The translations under genes and the position numbers were made by a program. A stretch of 64,000 bases of DNA from assembly GCA_965112735.1 (NCBI GenBank), contig OZ218965.1:1178001-1242000 (forward strand). Direction: 5' to 3'. This stretch comes from Phaeosaccion multiseriatum. Its lineage: Eukaryota > Protista > Ochrophyta, other classes. Shown here piece by piece: positions 37,693-49,030 of the stretch. The stretch's first letter is position 1. Each line of letters begins with the position of its first letter. The notes below the pieces were generated by a model. That model had not been told where the DNA came from, did not search any database, and saw nothing but the letters and a program-made list of their open reading frames with translations.

Positions 37693-37918
37693 GCACGCAC
37701 CTATCTAGGATGCGCAACTTGTCCGTCCCTCCGTCCTCGAACATGTCGAAGGCCATACCCACGTCCTCCTCGTCGGCCTCGGGCTCTGCTCTGCCCGCCA
37801 GGGTGGTCTGCCCAAGCAGCAGAAGCTCTTCCCGCCCCCGCACCTGCCAGGGAGGGCATCTACCGCCGCCGCTCCGCAGCCCCAGCCCATCTGCGAAGCC
37901 CACATCTGCGAGCTCCAT
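16275..37918 (-). CDS. Large multi-exon BAZ/DDT-like chromatin protein: RFTS(+Tudor-like insert)-coiled coil-DDT-bromo-like-WHIM1-WSD-PDZ-BRWD/PHIP(+bromodomain insert)
   Basis: Spliced GT-AG exons read by eye. RFTS-N: KLRILDSFSLYTSDGVMVPLSALD..LVAFGSVLAP (37702-37918, ~37271-37434). Tudor-like: VGTKVDTF..RWYGARVTQV..VHFNGWKAKFDEWI (~35563-36310). RFTS-C: RVKLTNLEDWCLDF..LWLVTSLAWYKL..GPSPSY (~34550-35330). DDT: MGDVMNVWTSLEMFGD..LLARIHLRLLDFLL (~32230-33110). WHIM1: DYGRWSVTMRVRVLKWLLDEVL (~29085-29170). WSD: PLGTDRDWRQYW and WYVFND..WLDRRGQRERHL (~27320-28260). PDZ ~24500-26420. BRWD-N: VPCLNEFVVYFAAGHE (~21378-21425). Bromodomain: AGPFIEPVSKEIYPDYEDVVPLPMDL..NCALYC (~18800-20010). BRWD-C: PWECVEVEW..NPWDL, stop at 16275. 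The 5' end is uncertain; further upstream exons are possible. Confidence 0.8.
18225..18555. repeat. Intronic 12-bp minisatellite AGAGAG(ACACTC/GCAGTC)
   Basis: Alternating 12-mers AGAGAGACACTC / AGAGAGGCAGTC. Confidence 0.9.
19334..19552. repeat. Intronic 12-bp minisatellite GGCAGGCATATG
   Basis: Direct tandem copies, with an internal higher-order duplication. Confidence 0.9.
22912..23260. repeat. (CTGA)n microsatellite with embedded GACTTGACACGTTGTACT repeats
   Basis: Seen directly. Confidence 0.9.
25060..26315. repeat. Intronic 46-bp minisatellite (CCCACTCTCGCATCCGCTCACACGCACTCACACCCACTCATTCATA)n plus CAC-rich flanks
   Basis: Unit starts at 25128 and 25174 (period 46), repeated to ~25990. 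Confidence 0.9.
29660..30045 (+). repeat. (TGAGGG)n telomere-variant-like intronic repeat
   Basis: GAGGGT hexamer array. A similar TGAGGG/TCAGGG array lies at 35340-35560. Confidence 0.8.
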
Positions 37919-39125
37919 GGCCTAAGCCGCTGCTGTATCACCACCTGCTGCTGCTGAGCCAACCCAAAGAGGCAACAGGGCACCCAACCGGGGGCAGCCC
38001 TGCCTCCTTACAGCCTGCCTGCTGCTCCGGGGAGAAGAACTCACCAGCGGCCCATGTGCCTCTGCTAGGTGCCTACGAGACACGTAGGAAGGGTGGTAAA
38101 CAAGTGACAGAGGCGGGATAAGGAGAGGAGCATGGCAGGGCCGATGGCGGGCAAGAGCGACAGCTCTGAGGGGCATATACAAACTGACTCTCCAGTGCGT
38201 CCAGGAAACTCCTATCCCCCCCGCGTGAGCGCTCTGCTACTTTGGAGTGGGCCGGCACCCCATTGCCGCTGCATCTCTACTGCTAATGCTGCCCCTGCTG
38301 CCCCTCCTGCTGCTGAGTGGACACCCGATCTGGTCTCCCTTTGCGTTGTGCTCTTGCCCCCCCAAACAGCACGCCAGGATCATCCCACCCTCTTCTCGAG
38401 GCCACCACGACTGCAGCACGGTGTGGCAGTGCTGAGAGAAGACCAATGCCGCGTTGCTGCCCCGCCCCGTCCCTATCTCTCCCCAATCCTCTCCTCTCCC
38501 CCTCTATTCAAAAAACATACATCCCCTTTTGCCTAGGCGCTTGTCCCTCCTGTGCCCCTCTTCACTCCACATGCATCATGCCGACACACGAGCAAGAGCA
38601 CCCGCGCCGCCACCTGGAGTCGCGGCCAGTCAGCGACTCACAAGAGGCAAAGAGAGACCTTCCAAAATCTCCCTCCCGTCTCTTCCTGAAATTTGTTCGT
38701 CTCGCTTACCCACCTCTCTGCTCCACTCACACAGCTCCGCGACGGAGATGTGCTCGTCGATCGCCCCCACGCGCCGCCCCTGCGCCTTCTTCCTCGCCCT
38801 GCGTATCCAGAGAGGGGGGAACAGGAAGGATCCTGCTTGACACGATGGCTCTCTCTCTTCCCACAGTTGCCTCTCCCTCCCACGTCCCCTCGGGTTACTA
38901 ACTTACTGCGGTGAATCATCACAAAATCGAAATCGTCCTGCGTCCTCTTTGACTCGAGTCACTTTTGCATCCTCTTCCTCCCTTTACTCCCCTTGAATTG
39001 CTCTCTTACGCCAACCCTTCACTGGAAGATCTTGCCGAGGAAGAGGGGGAAGCGAAGCTCGCGGGAAGGGCTCAGAAGGGGACTTTCAGCAGGCTGCAGC
39101 AGGGAAGGACGGTGTGGTGGGGGAG

Positions 39126-42100
39126 ATGATCATGAGAGATGTGTTGGCAGGCGCGCTGCTCTTGGCGCAAGGGCCGTCACTCGCCTGCGCCTTCGTCGGC
39201 CTCCCTGCGCCGTCTGCCCTCACCCGAGCAGCGACAGTAGCACCAGCAGCACCAGCAGCACCAGTAGTACCTCCAGCAGGAGCAATTAGAGGGCGCCGCA
39301 TCATGTCTGTGGCATCGAGCGACGGCCCACAGTCTTCCTCCGTCCCCTCTCCAGCCCGAGTTGTACCCTCGGCCACCCCTTCCTCCCGCCAGGCCTTCCT
39401 TTCCACATGCACGAAGACCTCTGTGTTGGCTGGGCTGGCCTGCCTGCTGCCGGCACAGAAGGAGGCGGGGGCAGACGTGTACATGGAGACCGACCGTTAC
39501 GGAGATAAGGAGCTCAAGATTGCCACGGTGAGAGCCTACGGGGAGAGTTCTTGTGGTGGCCTGTTGCGTAGGCGTATGTGCGTCGGTTCGGTTGCATGTG
39601 TGTCTGTGCAGACGCGGGAGAGGGGCAGAGTGGGGAGGGAGGGACCGACCCACTTGCCTCTTCCGAGAGAGAGAGAGACAGAATTAAGGGGTGAGATTGG
39701 GGACGGGGGGACAGACCCACTTGCCCCTCTTGGAGAGAGTCTCGGAGAGAGAGAGCGTGGGGAAGGCTTATGGTGGGCATGTGCTTGATGGCGATGTTTC
39801 TGTCTTGTCTATCGTACTGAACAAGCGTTGGTTGGCTTGCCCCTCATTCACTCTTGACTCCCCCAGGTCAACAAGCTAAAACAGGCGCTTCGGAACAAGG
39901 TGAGGGATGAGGGGATGGCAGTGGATGATGAGGGGCGAGAAAGAGGGTCGAGAGGCTTAGCGGGTTGGTAGGACAGGTCTTCGAGGATGGCACTAGAGGG
40001 TATGGCAGTCAGTGGTAGTTAGGAGGTGTAAAGGGATGGCAGTAGATGGACGAAGGAGGGGACCTCCTCTCGCAAGATACCACTCACTCACCGAGTCAAG
40101 TTCGCTCTAGATTAGAACTCACTGACTGACTGCCTCACTCAGTCACCCTTTCCTCTCCGCCAACCAAAGTATTCCCCTGCCACCCCGCCACCCCGCCCCC
40201 CCTGCTGCTCCACTCCTTCTCGCTGCCCTGACCCACCCCTCGCCGCCCTTCGCTGCCCTGCCCTGTCTGCTTCCTTACTCTCCCTACCCTCCCTGTCCCG
40301 TATGCCAACACATGCCTACATATGCCTACATATGCCTCCTCCATACACACCCTTAGATGGTAGCCGACCCGAGTCTAGCGCCCATGTTCCTGAAACTGGC
40401 AATGAATGACGCCCTGGGCTATGTGCAGAGGACGAGTGAGGGAGGCCTGGACGGAAGCGTGGCCATGGAAATGGACAGGGCGGAGAACAAGGGGCTGGGA
40501 AAGGGGCTCGAGGCGCTGTATGAGGTCAAGAAGAAGCTGCAGAGAACCAACGAGGTGAGGGGAGGGGGGAGGGATGGCAGTGGATGGGTGGGAGGGATGG
40601 CAGTGGATGTCTATCGGTAAACCGCGGTCTTTCTCTGCTACTTTCCTGTAACTGCAAACCCCCCTCCTCACTCGCTCCCTCTCTCGTTCCCTCCCCCCCC
40701 CCCCCCTCCACATCCACTGCCATCCCTCCGTCCCTTCTCCCTCTCTCCCCTTCCCCTGCCATCCCTCCTTCCTCACAGCTGTCCCTGGCCGACGTGATTG
40801 CCTTCGCCGGAGGGGAGGCGATTGAGTCTGTTGGTGGACCCCGGATGGTCATTCAGATCGGCCGTTACGACATCAAACCCTCCAAGGCCAAGAAGGTCGA
40901 ACAGGAGGGAGGAGAGGGGGGAGGAGGCTTCGGATATGAGGCCTCTGGCGACGCTGCGGGGCTGTTGGAGGCCTTCAAGCGGTCGGGCTTGGGGGTGAAG
41001 GAAATGGGCACCCTCATGCTGGCGTTAGGAAGCGTGAGTCAGGTGTGTGAGCAGGCCATCGAGGACCGCAGGTAAGCTGGTGGGCAGCGGGTCAGGAACC
41101 AAGAAGGGGAAGGGAGGCAGGGAGGGAGGGAGGGAGGGGGGGAGGGAGGGTGTCGGGTGTAGACCAATACCGCTCCTATAGCTTTATCGTACCACTCTCC
41201 CGCTTGTATGTAGTTTTTAGGTTTCGTTTTATAAAGGGTGTGAGGAGCGCGCGCAGCAAAGGAGGCATGGGGTATGGGGTCTCTGGAGTAGGGGGTATAG
41301 GGTGTGGGGCATGGGGTGTAGGGTATGGGGTATAAGGTACGGGGTATGAGGTATAGAGTATGGGGTATAGGGTATAGGGTATAGGGTGTGGGGCATGGGG
41401 TGTAGGGTATGGGGTATAAGGTACGGGGTATGAGGCATAGAGTATGGGGTATAGGGTATAGGGTATAGGGTGTAGGTGTAGGTTATAGGGTATGGGGTCT
41501 CTGGAGTATGGGGTATAGGGTGTGGGGTATGGGGTGTAGGGTATGGGGTAGTGTGCGGTATGAGGCATAGAGTATGGGGTATGGGGTATAGGGTACAAGG
41601 TATAGGGTATGGGGCATGGGGTGTAGGGTATGGGGTGTAAGGTACGGGGTATGAGGTATATAGTATGGGGTATAGGGTATAGGGTATAGGGTATAGGGAA
41701 TAGGGTTTAGGTTATAGGGTATGGGGTCTCTGGAGTATGGGGTATAGGGTGTGGGGTATGGGGTTTAAGGTACGGGGTATGAGGTATAGAGTATGGGGTA
41801 TAGGGTATAGGGTATAAGGTGTAGGGTGTGGGGCATGGGGTTTGGGGTATGGGGTATAAGGTACGGGGTATGAGGTATAGTGTATGGGGTATAGGGTATA
41901 GGGTATAGGGTATGGGGGGGGGGGAGGGTATAAGGTATAGGGTGTGGGGCATGGGGTGTAGGGTATGGGGTATAAGGTACGGGGTATGAGGTATAGAGTA
42001 TGGGGTATAGGGGAAAGGGTGTAGGGTATGGTTATGGGTTGTTGTTGTGGGGTAGGCTTAATTTACTCCTTCTGCCACCCTTCTTATTCTTGTTCCGAGA

Positions 42101-42522
42101 TAAAGTCCCTTCTCTTTTCCCTGTGGGGCTGAGTAGGGAGAGTGAGATACATAGCGAGGCAGAAGAACAGAGATGGAGAGATAGAGCGACAACGAGAGTT
42201 CGCCTCCCACTCCAACTTCCTTCTCCTCGTGCCTCTCACCCCTCTCCCCCCTCACATCTCCTCGTCCTCCTCCTCCTCCTCGTCCTCCTCCTCCTCGTCC
42301 TCCTCCTCCTCGTCCTCCTCCTCGTCCTCCTCTTCCTCCTCCTCCTCCTCCTCCTTCTCCTTCTCGTCGTCCTCCTCCTCCTCGTCCTCCTCCTCCTTCT
42401 CCTCCTCCTCTTCCTTCTTCTTCTCCTCCTCCTCCTCCTCCTCCTCCTCCTCCTCACCTCTCCTCCTCCTCCTCCTTCTCCTCCTCCTCCTCCTCCTCCT
42501 CCTCCTCCTCCTCCTCCTCCTC

Positions 42523-42554
<32 letters not shown>

Positions 42555-43408
42555 TCCCCCCCCCCCCTCTCAGTGACCCCGAGGAGGATGACTTGCAAGA
42601 CATAGCATGGCAAAGCAACATCGGCAGCAGCTTCGGCGCCCCCAGTGACATCTTCGGGGCTAAGATAGGCACAGGCTTCGATGCTTCTTACGCAGAGGGA
42701 CTGCTCATAGATGCAAAGAAGAACCCAGGGAATTTGAGCGCATTCGAGAAGTGAGTGCGTGAGGAGTTGTGGTGGTGGTGGTGGTGGTGGTGGAGGAGGA
42801 GGAGGAGGAGGAGGAGGAGGTGGAGGAGGAGGAGAAGGTGGTGGTGGTGGTGGTGGTGGAGGAGGAGGAGGAGGAGAAGGGGGAGGAGGAGGAGGAGGAG
42901 GTGGTGGTGGTGGTGGTGGTGGTTGAGGAGGAGGAGGAGGTGCAGGAGGAGGAGGAGGAGGAGGAGAAGGGGGAGGAGGAGGAGGAGGAGGAGGAGGAGG
43001 AGAAGGGGGAGGAGGAGGAGGAGGAGGAGGAGGTGGTGGTGGTGGTGGTGGTGGTGGTGGAGGAGCTCGCCCCCCCCCCCTCCTCTTTTGACCGTCCTTG
43101 ATCCTTACATTGCCGCTGTCCCTTTCTCTATCCTCAACCCTGTTCTTAGCCTTGCCACTCCCTCCCTCCCTTCCTCCCTTCCTCCTCCTCTTCTCTTCCC
43201 CTCCCTCCATCCCTTCCCTCCCATCCACTGCCACCCCCCCCCCCACCTCCCCTGCCCCCCCAGAGACCTGGTAGCAGACGGGTCCTTGAAGGCTCTTTTC
43301 TCAAAGTACGTCGGCAACAACAAGGGTTTCCAGAGCGACGTGGTGGGTAGCTACCTCGCCCTCACCAACCAAGGCCAGCGCTTCGAAACCCGCCTGCTTA
43401 CCGACTAA
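39126..43408 (+). CDS. TL29: Thylakoid lumen 29 kDa protein / APX4-like class I peroxidase-fold protein, plastid targeted
   Basis: Exons 39126-39527, 39867-39899, 40357-40554, 40779-41071, 42574-42750 and 43264-43408 splice in frame. Signal peptide ending ..SLACA-FV, transit peptide, then lumenal SRQAFL..AGA. FLKLAMNDA replaces the catalytic RLAWHDA, as in TL29. Also GGLDGS, LSLADVIAFAGGEAIESVGGP..GRYD. Confidence 0.8.
41265..42030 (+). repeat. G-rich heptamer satellite (GGGTATA/GGGGTAT/GGGTGTA)n in TL29 intron 4
   Basis: Seen directly; G3-G4 runs every ~7 nt. Confidence 0.9.
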
Positions 43409-43691
43409 CTTATCCCAGCCGGTGTGAGGCTTGTTGGCTTTTCGTGTTGTATCAACACAAAGGAAACAAGGCAAAGGGCTCTCTCCCTCCTTACAAAACG
43501 ACTTAGACTCAGGACTTACGTAAGAATCATCTTACTAAGCCCCTCTTTCCTCCCTACGTACTTTACGAACTAGACTCCAGGAGTAGTAAGGAAGCCTGGA
43601 CACACTGGCCTTTTGCTTCGACGCCACTCCCCAGTACATAATGTCCTTAATTTACTACTACGAAGTACTACGTAGTACTAAGTTTAATCAC

Positions 43692-45585
43692 TTAAAACAA
43701 TGAGCTCATGACTGAAGAGTTTGGGAAGCCAAACGAAGAGACCCCCCTCTCGGGCGAGCTCATGGTGGTGATGGCCTTGTTGAGATCGTCTAGCGCGTTG
43801 TGGTCATCCTTCGTCGCCTCCTTCTCCTCCTCCCGCGCTGCGGCCGCTTGTTCCGCCTCCCTGGCCTCGAGGTATGCCTTGCTCTCACGGAACTTGGCGA
43901 GGAAGTTGCCTTGCAGCATGTGCCGCACCTCCAGGACGGAGGGGTGGAACACGCTGGCCCGAGCTTCCGCCTGCCAGGCCAGGCCAGTGGAACGACAGTG
44001 GAGCGACAGTGGAGCGACAGGAGGGGGTGGGGCGAGGCGGCCGAGGCCAGAGGGACGCGTGAGAAGGTAATGAGAAGGAAGGATGAAGGCGGTGGAGCAG
44101 GCATGCCTGGTGGGCAGTCCAGCCGGCAGGGACAGTGAGGGACAGGCAAGAAGCGGCAGCAGCAACAGAGCACGGGAACGCACCTGATCGGCGCTCATGA
44201 ACACATCCCTGTTCATGAGGCGCAGCCCCTGCGTGCGCATCTTGGTGTCGATGTTCACCTCCATATCCGAGAACTGCTCAATGTACGTGCGGCAGATGGA
44301 GGTGTAGCACTCGTAGACCTGCTCAAGCAGCGGAGCAGGAGGGCCCTCCTCGCTTCCACCGTCCCCTCCTTCGCCCCCTTGCTGCGCGGCTTGCGGTGCT
44401 GCCTGTCCTTCTTCTTGTTGTCGACCCCCGCCCTCTGCCCTCTGCTGCTCGCTGCGCACTAGAGCGTCGTACCCCTCCACTGCCCGAAGGAAGTCGTAAC
44501 TCTCGAGGCAGAGCGCTCGGCGAATGAAGTCGTAGAACAGCCTGTCCAAGACCGGATGGGCCATGATCTCGGCCACCTCCGCACCAATCCCGTCCCCCGC
44601 GCTGTGCGATGCATCTGTCAAGGAAGAAAGCGGCACTACATGTCGTCCCGATTTTCTGTTCGGAGCGCCGAAGCTTGGCTCTGTCTTAACTTCCAAGTAG
44701 GCCCTCCTGGCTATGGGGTCGCGCACCCACCGGAGGCATCCCCACCAATACAGCTTAGCAAGTGAAATAGCAAAGGCTTGCGAAGCGAACACGAGGTTCA
44801 GCGCCGTCGACACCTTCCATGCGTGCGTAGTCTCCTGCACTACGAGGACGAAGAAGTAGATGCCAGCATGGCCTATGACGCCAATCACCTCGCAGGCGAC
44901 CTCCTCTCCGATGCGCAGGAGGTCGTTGGCCTGGACAATCCGCCTGCACCAATACGCTGCGAAGGCGGCCATTATGACCATGAGAACTATCTGCAGTTGC
45001 CAAGGCTGCAGCACGTAGCAGTAGTAGTCGCTCCCGGATTGGAAGGGTCTGAACCACGCCACCAACGAAGCCATCACCGTATTCTGCACGAAGCCGCCCG
45101 CTACCTGCTTCCATGCCCAGAAAGGCGCCAGAATGAAGGCATACTTCCTACGGGTCTCCTGTTCTGCCATCGTTATCATCATCTTTAGAGCTCGCATTAA
45201 AGCGGGGACACCTGGACTCGAGAGGTGGCAGGACAAGAAGGAGTCAGATCGGCCGTGTGTGACGAGACGTGGACACAAAGCAAACCAGGCACAATCAGTT
45301 GTAACAAGCCTCAATGACTCACTTACCAGATAACGCGATCCCCAGAAAGGATGAAAAAATGATCAAGTCACACGGGAAGGGGACCCCCTCCATCCTACAG
45401 ATGCACTCGGCACTGACGACGTACGTAAAAGCCGATTGTCCCGCGACGGAGCATAGGAGAAGGCCAGGGTAGCGAGCCCTGATGATGGGACATTTCCTCC
45501 TCTGCCAAAGCTGCCGACTCTTCCAAAAGGCGGCACTCAAGTGGGCCGCATTTAGCACCAGGAGCGCGACGCTCGCGGCGTGCAT
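43692..45585 (-). CDS. 7TM-RGS protein (copy 1): seven TM helices + RGS domain
   Basis: Exons 45585-45327, 45211-44184, 43970-43692. N-terminal RKCPIIRARYPGLL..FPCDL and seven hydrophobic segments. RGS: LFYDFIRRALCLESYDFLRAVEGY..ICRTYIEQFSDMEVNID..VFHPSVLEVRHMLQGNFLAKFRES. Confidence 0.85.
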
Positions 45586-46347
45586 CCTTCAGTCCGGTCT
45601 CTTCCTTGGGCCGCTAGTAATGCATTGGTGGGGACGCCCTGCTGCCTTTCTCTTGTGATAGGTCCCCCCCATCAAACGTGGATCACGGCAGGTCCTCGCT
45701 CCTTCTGTGTAATAATGACTTGGTGACCATGTGTTTCCTTTTGTACGACACTTCAGAAAACGAAACTGCCGCCGACCTTTTTCTTTTTCTTTTTTCCCTT
45801 CTTCTTCTTCCTTCTTTCAATTGTAGTGTTTTACTCGTAGAGCTTTGCAAAGTAGCTTAGGAAGGGAGGGAGGGAGGGAGGGGAGGGGGGGGGGGGCTGG
45901 GTAGCTAAGGAAGAGTGACTTGGGAGCAGCTGGGAAGGGAGGAGAGCTGCACCACAGGTCGTACAGCAGTACAGTACCCTTTTAGTAGCGACACGGTGAG
46001 TGGGTGGGCGGGTGAGTGACTGACTTGAGAGCACCCGGGGTAGGGAGGGCAGCAAACCCCGTTCGGGATGTATGTGCGAGAGAGAGATAGAGAGAGAGAG
46101 GAGGGGGGGAGTGGTGGAGGAGGAGGAGCAGGAGGAGGAGGAGCTCGCCCCCCCCCCCCCTCCTCTTTTGACCGTCCTTGATTCTTACATTGCCGCTGTC
46201 CCTTTCTCTATCCTCAACCCTGTTCTTGGCCTTGCCCCTCCTCCCCTCCCTCCCTTCCTCCCTTCCTCCTCCTCTTCTCTCCCCCTCCCTCCATCCCCTC
46301 CCTCCCATCCACTGCCACCCCCCCCCCCACCTCCCCTGCCCTCCCAG

Positions 46348-46492
46348 AGACCTGGTAGCAGACGGGTCCTTGAAGGCTCTTTTCTCAAAGTACGTCGGCA
46401 ACAACAAGGGTTTCCAGAGCGACGTGGTGGGTAGCTACCTCGCCCTCACCAACCAAGGCCAGCGCTTCGAAACCCGCCTGCTTACCGACTAA
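46348..46492 (+). pseudogene. Orphan duplicate of TL29 terminal exon
   Basis: Matches 43264-43408, with its splice acceptor, but lacks the upstream exons. Confidence 0.85.
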
Positions 46493-46786
46493 CTTATCCC
46501 AGCCGGTGTGAGGCTTGTTGGCTTTTCGTGTTGTATCAACACAAAGGAAACAAGGCAAAGGGCTCTCTCCCTCCTTACAAAACGACTTAGACTCAGGACT
46601 TACGTAAGAATCATCTTACTAAGCCCCTCTTTCCTCCCTACGTACTTTACGAACTAGACTCCAGGAGTAGTAAGGAAGCCTGGACACACTGGCCTTTTGC
46701 TTCGACGCCACTCCCCAGTATATAATGTCCGTATATACTCCTCCATAGTACTTTAATCATTTTTTTTTATTGTAGAAAGAATTAGC

Positions 46787-48680
46787 TCATGACTGAAGAG
46801 TTGTGGATGCCAAACGAAGAGACCCCCTCTCGGGCGACCTCATGGTGGTGATGGCCTTGTTGAGATCGTCTAGCGCGTTGTGGTCATCCTTCGTCGCCTC
46901 CTTCTCCTCCTCCCGGGCTGCGGCTGCTTGTTCCGCCTCCCTGGCCTCGAGGTATGCCTTGCTCTCACGGAACTTGGCGAGGAAGTTGCCTTGCAGCATG
47001 TGCCGCACCTCCAGGACGGAGGGGTGGAACACGCTGGCCCGAGCTTCCGCCTGCAAGGCCAGGCCAGTGGAACGACAGTGGAGCGACAGTGGAGCGACAG
47101 GAGGGGGTGGGGCGAGGCGGCCGAGGCCAGAGGGACGCGTGAGAAGGTAATGAGAAGGAAGGATGAAGGCGGTGGAGCAGGCATGCCTGGTGGGTAGTCC
47201 AGCCGGCAGGGACAGTGAGGGACAGGCAAGAAGCGGCAGCAGCAACAGAGCACGGGAACGCACCTGATCGGCGCTCATGAAGATGTCCCTGTCCATGAGG
47301 CGCAGCCCCTGCGTGCGCATCTTGGTGTCGATGTTCACCTCCATGTCCGAGAACTGCTCAATGTACGTGCGGCAGATGGAGGTGTAGCACTCGTAGACCT
47401 GCTCAAGCAGGGGAGCAGGAGGGCCCTCCTCGCTTCCACCGGCCCCTCCTTCGCCCCCTTGCTGCGCGGCTTGCGGTGCTGCCTGTCCTTCTTCTTGTTG
47501 TCGACCCCCGCCCTCTGCCCTCTGCTGCTCGCGGCGCACTAGAGCGTCGTACCCCTCCACTGCCCGAAGGAAGTCGTAACTCTCGAGGCAGAGCGCTCGG
47601 CGAATGAAGTCGTAGAACAGCCTGTCCAAGACCGGATGGGCCATGATCTCGGCCACCTCCGCACCAATCCCGTCCCCCGCGCTGTGCGGTGTGTCCGTCA
47701 AGGAAGAAAGCGGCACTACATGTCGTCCCGGTTTTCTGTTCGGAGCGAAGAAGCTTGGCTCTGTCTTAACTTCCAAGTAGGCCCTCCTGGCTACAGGGTC
47801 GCGCACCCACCGGAGGCATCCCCACCAATACAGCATAGCAAGTGAATTAGCAAAGGTGTGCGAAGCGACCACGAGGTTCAGCGCCGTCGACACCTTCCAT
47901 GCGTGCGTAGTCTCCTGCACCACGAGGACGAAGAAGTAGATGCCAGCATGGCCTATGACGCCAATCACCTCGAAGGCGACCTCCTCTCCGATGCGCAGGA
48001 GGTCGTTGGCCTGGACAATCCGTCTGCACCAATACGCTGCGAAGGCGGCCATTATGACCATGGGACCGATCTGAAGTTGCCAAGGCTGCACCGCGTAGCA
48101 GTAGTAGTCGCTCCCCGACTGGAAGGGTCTGAACCACGCCACCAACGAAGCCATCACCATATTCTGCACGAAGCCGCCCGCTACCTGCTTCCATGCCCAG
48201 AAAGGCGCCAGAATGAAGGTATATTTCCTACGGGTCTCCTGTTCTGCCATCGCTATCATCATCTTCAGAGCTCGCATTAAAGCGGGGACACCTGGACTCG
48301 AGAGGTGGCAGCAGGACAAGCAAGACAGAAGGAGTCAGATCGGACGTGGCTGTGTGAGGAGACGTGGACACACAGCAAACCAGGCACAATCAGTTGTAAC
48401 AAGCCTCAATGAGACACTTACCAGTTAACGCGATCACCAAAAAGGATGAAAAAATGATCAAGTCACACGGGAAGGGGACCCCCTCCATCCTACAGATGCT
48501 CTCGGCACTGACGACGTACGTAAAAGCCGATTGTCCCGCGACGGAGCATAGGAGAAGACCAGGGTAGCGAGCCCTGATGATGGGACATTTCCTCCTCTGC
48601 CAAAGCTGCCGACTCTTTCGAAAGACGGCGCTCAAGTGGGCCGCATTTAGCACCAGGAGCGCGACGCTCGCGGCGTGCAT
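46787..48680 (-). CDS. 7TM-RGS protein (copy 2), altered C-terminal tail
   Basis: Exons 48680-48422, 48291-47264, 47050-46787. A 1-nt shorter C-run near 46823 changes the tail to PERGSLRLASTTLQS. Confidence 0.85.
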
Positions 48681-48841
48681 CCTTCAGTCCGGTCTCTTCC
48701 TTGGGCCGCTAGTAATGCATTGGTGGGGACGCCCTGCTGCCTTTCTCTTGTGATAGTTCCCCCACGTGGATCACAGTTACGACACTTCAGAAAACGAAAC
48801 TGCCGCCGGATAAGATTCTTTTCAGCACACAGGAGCGACCC

Positions 48842-49030
48842 GACACCTGAACCTGATATCTGACACCTGACACCTGATATCTGACACCTGACACCTGACA
48901 CCTGATATCTGACACCTGATACCTGACACCTGACACCTGACACCTGACACCTGACACCTGACACCTGACACCTGACACCTGACACCTGACACCTGACACC
49001 TGACACCTGATACCTGACACCTGACACCGA
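48842..49030. repeat. (CTGACAC)n heptamer satellite
   Basis: Seen directly, just upstream of 7TM-RGS copy 2. Confidence 0.92.

Larger units (their letters stand above)
43060..48809. repeat. Tandem segmental duplication, period ~3084 bp (43060-45775 vs 46138-48809)
   Basis: TL29 last exon and 3' region plus a whole 7TM-RGS gene are present twice with few differences (stop codons at 43408 and 46492). Confidence 0.95.

Noticed and set aside
34550-37918. DNMT1 orthologue
   Set aside because: RFTS-like domain only; no C5-methyltransferase motifs (FxGxG, PCQ, ENV) recognised in the exons.
37990-38900. Additional 5' exons of the chromatin gene
   Set aside because: An in-frame stop lies just upstream of ATG 37918, and no convincing spliced extension could be built by eye.
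39126-43408. Catalytically active ascorbate peroxidase
   Set aside because: Distal Arg/Trp/His are replaced (KLAMNDA) and no proximal His motif is seen, which fits non-catalytic TL29-like.
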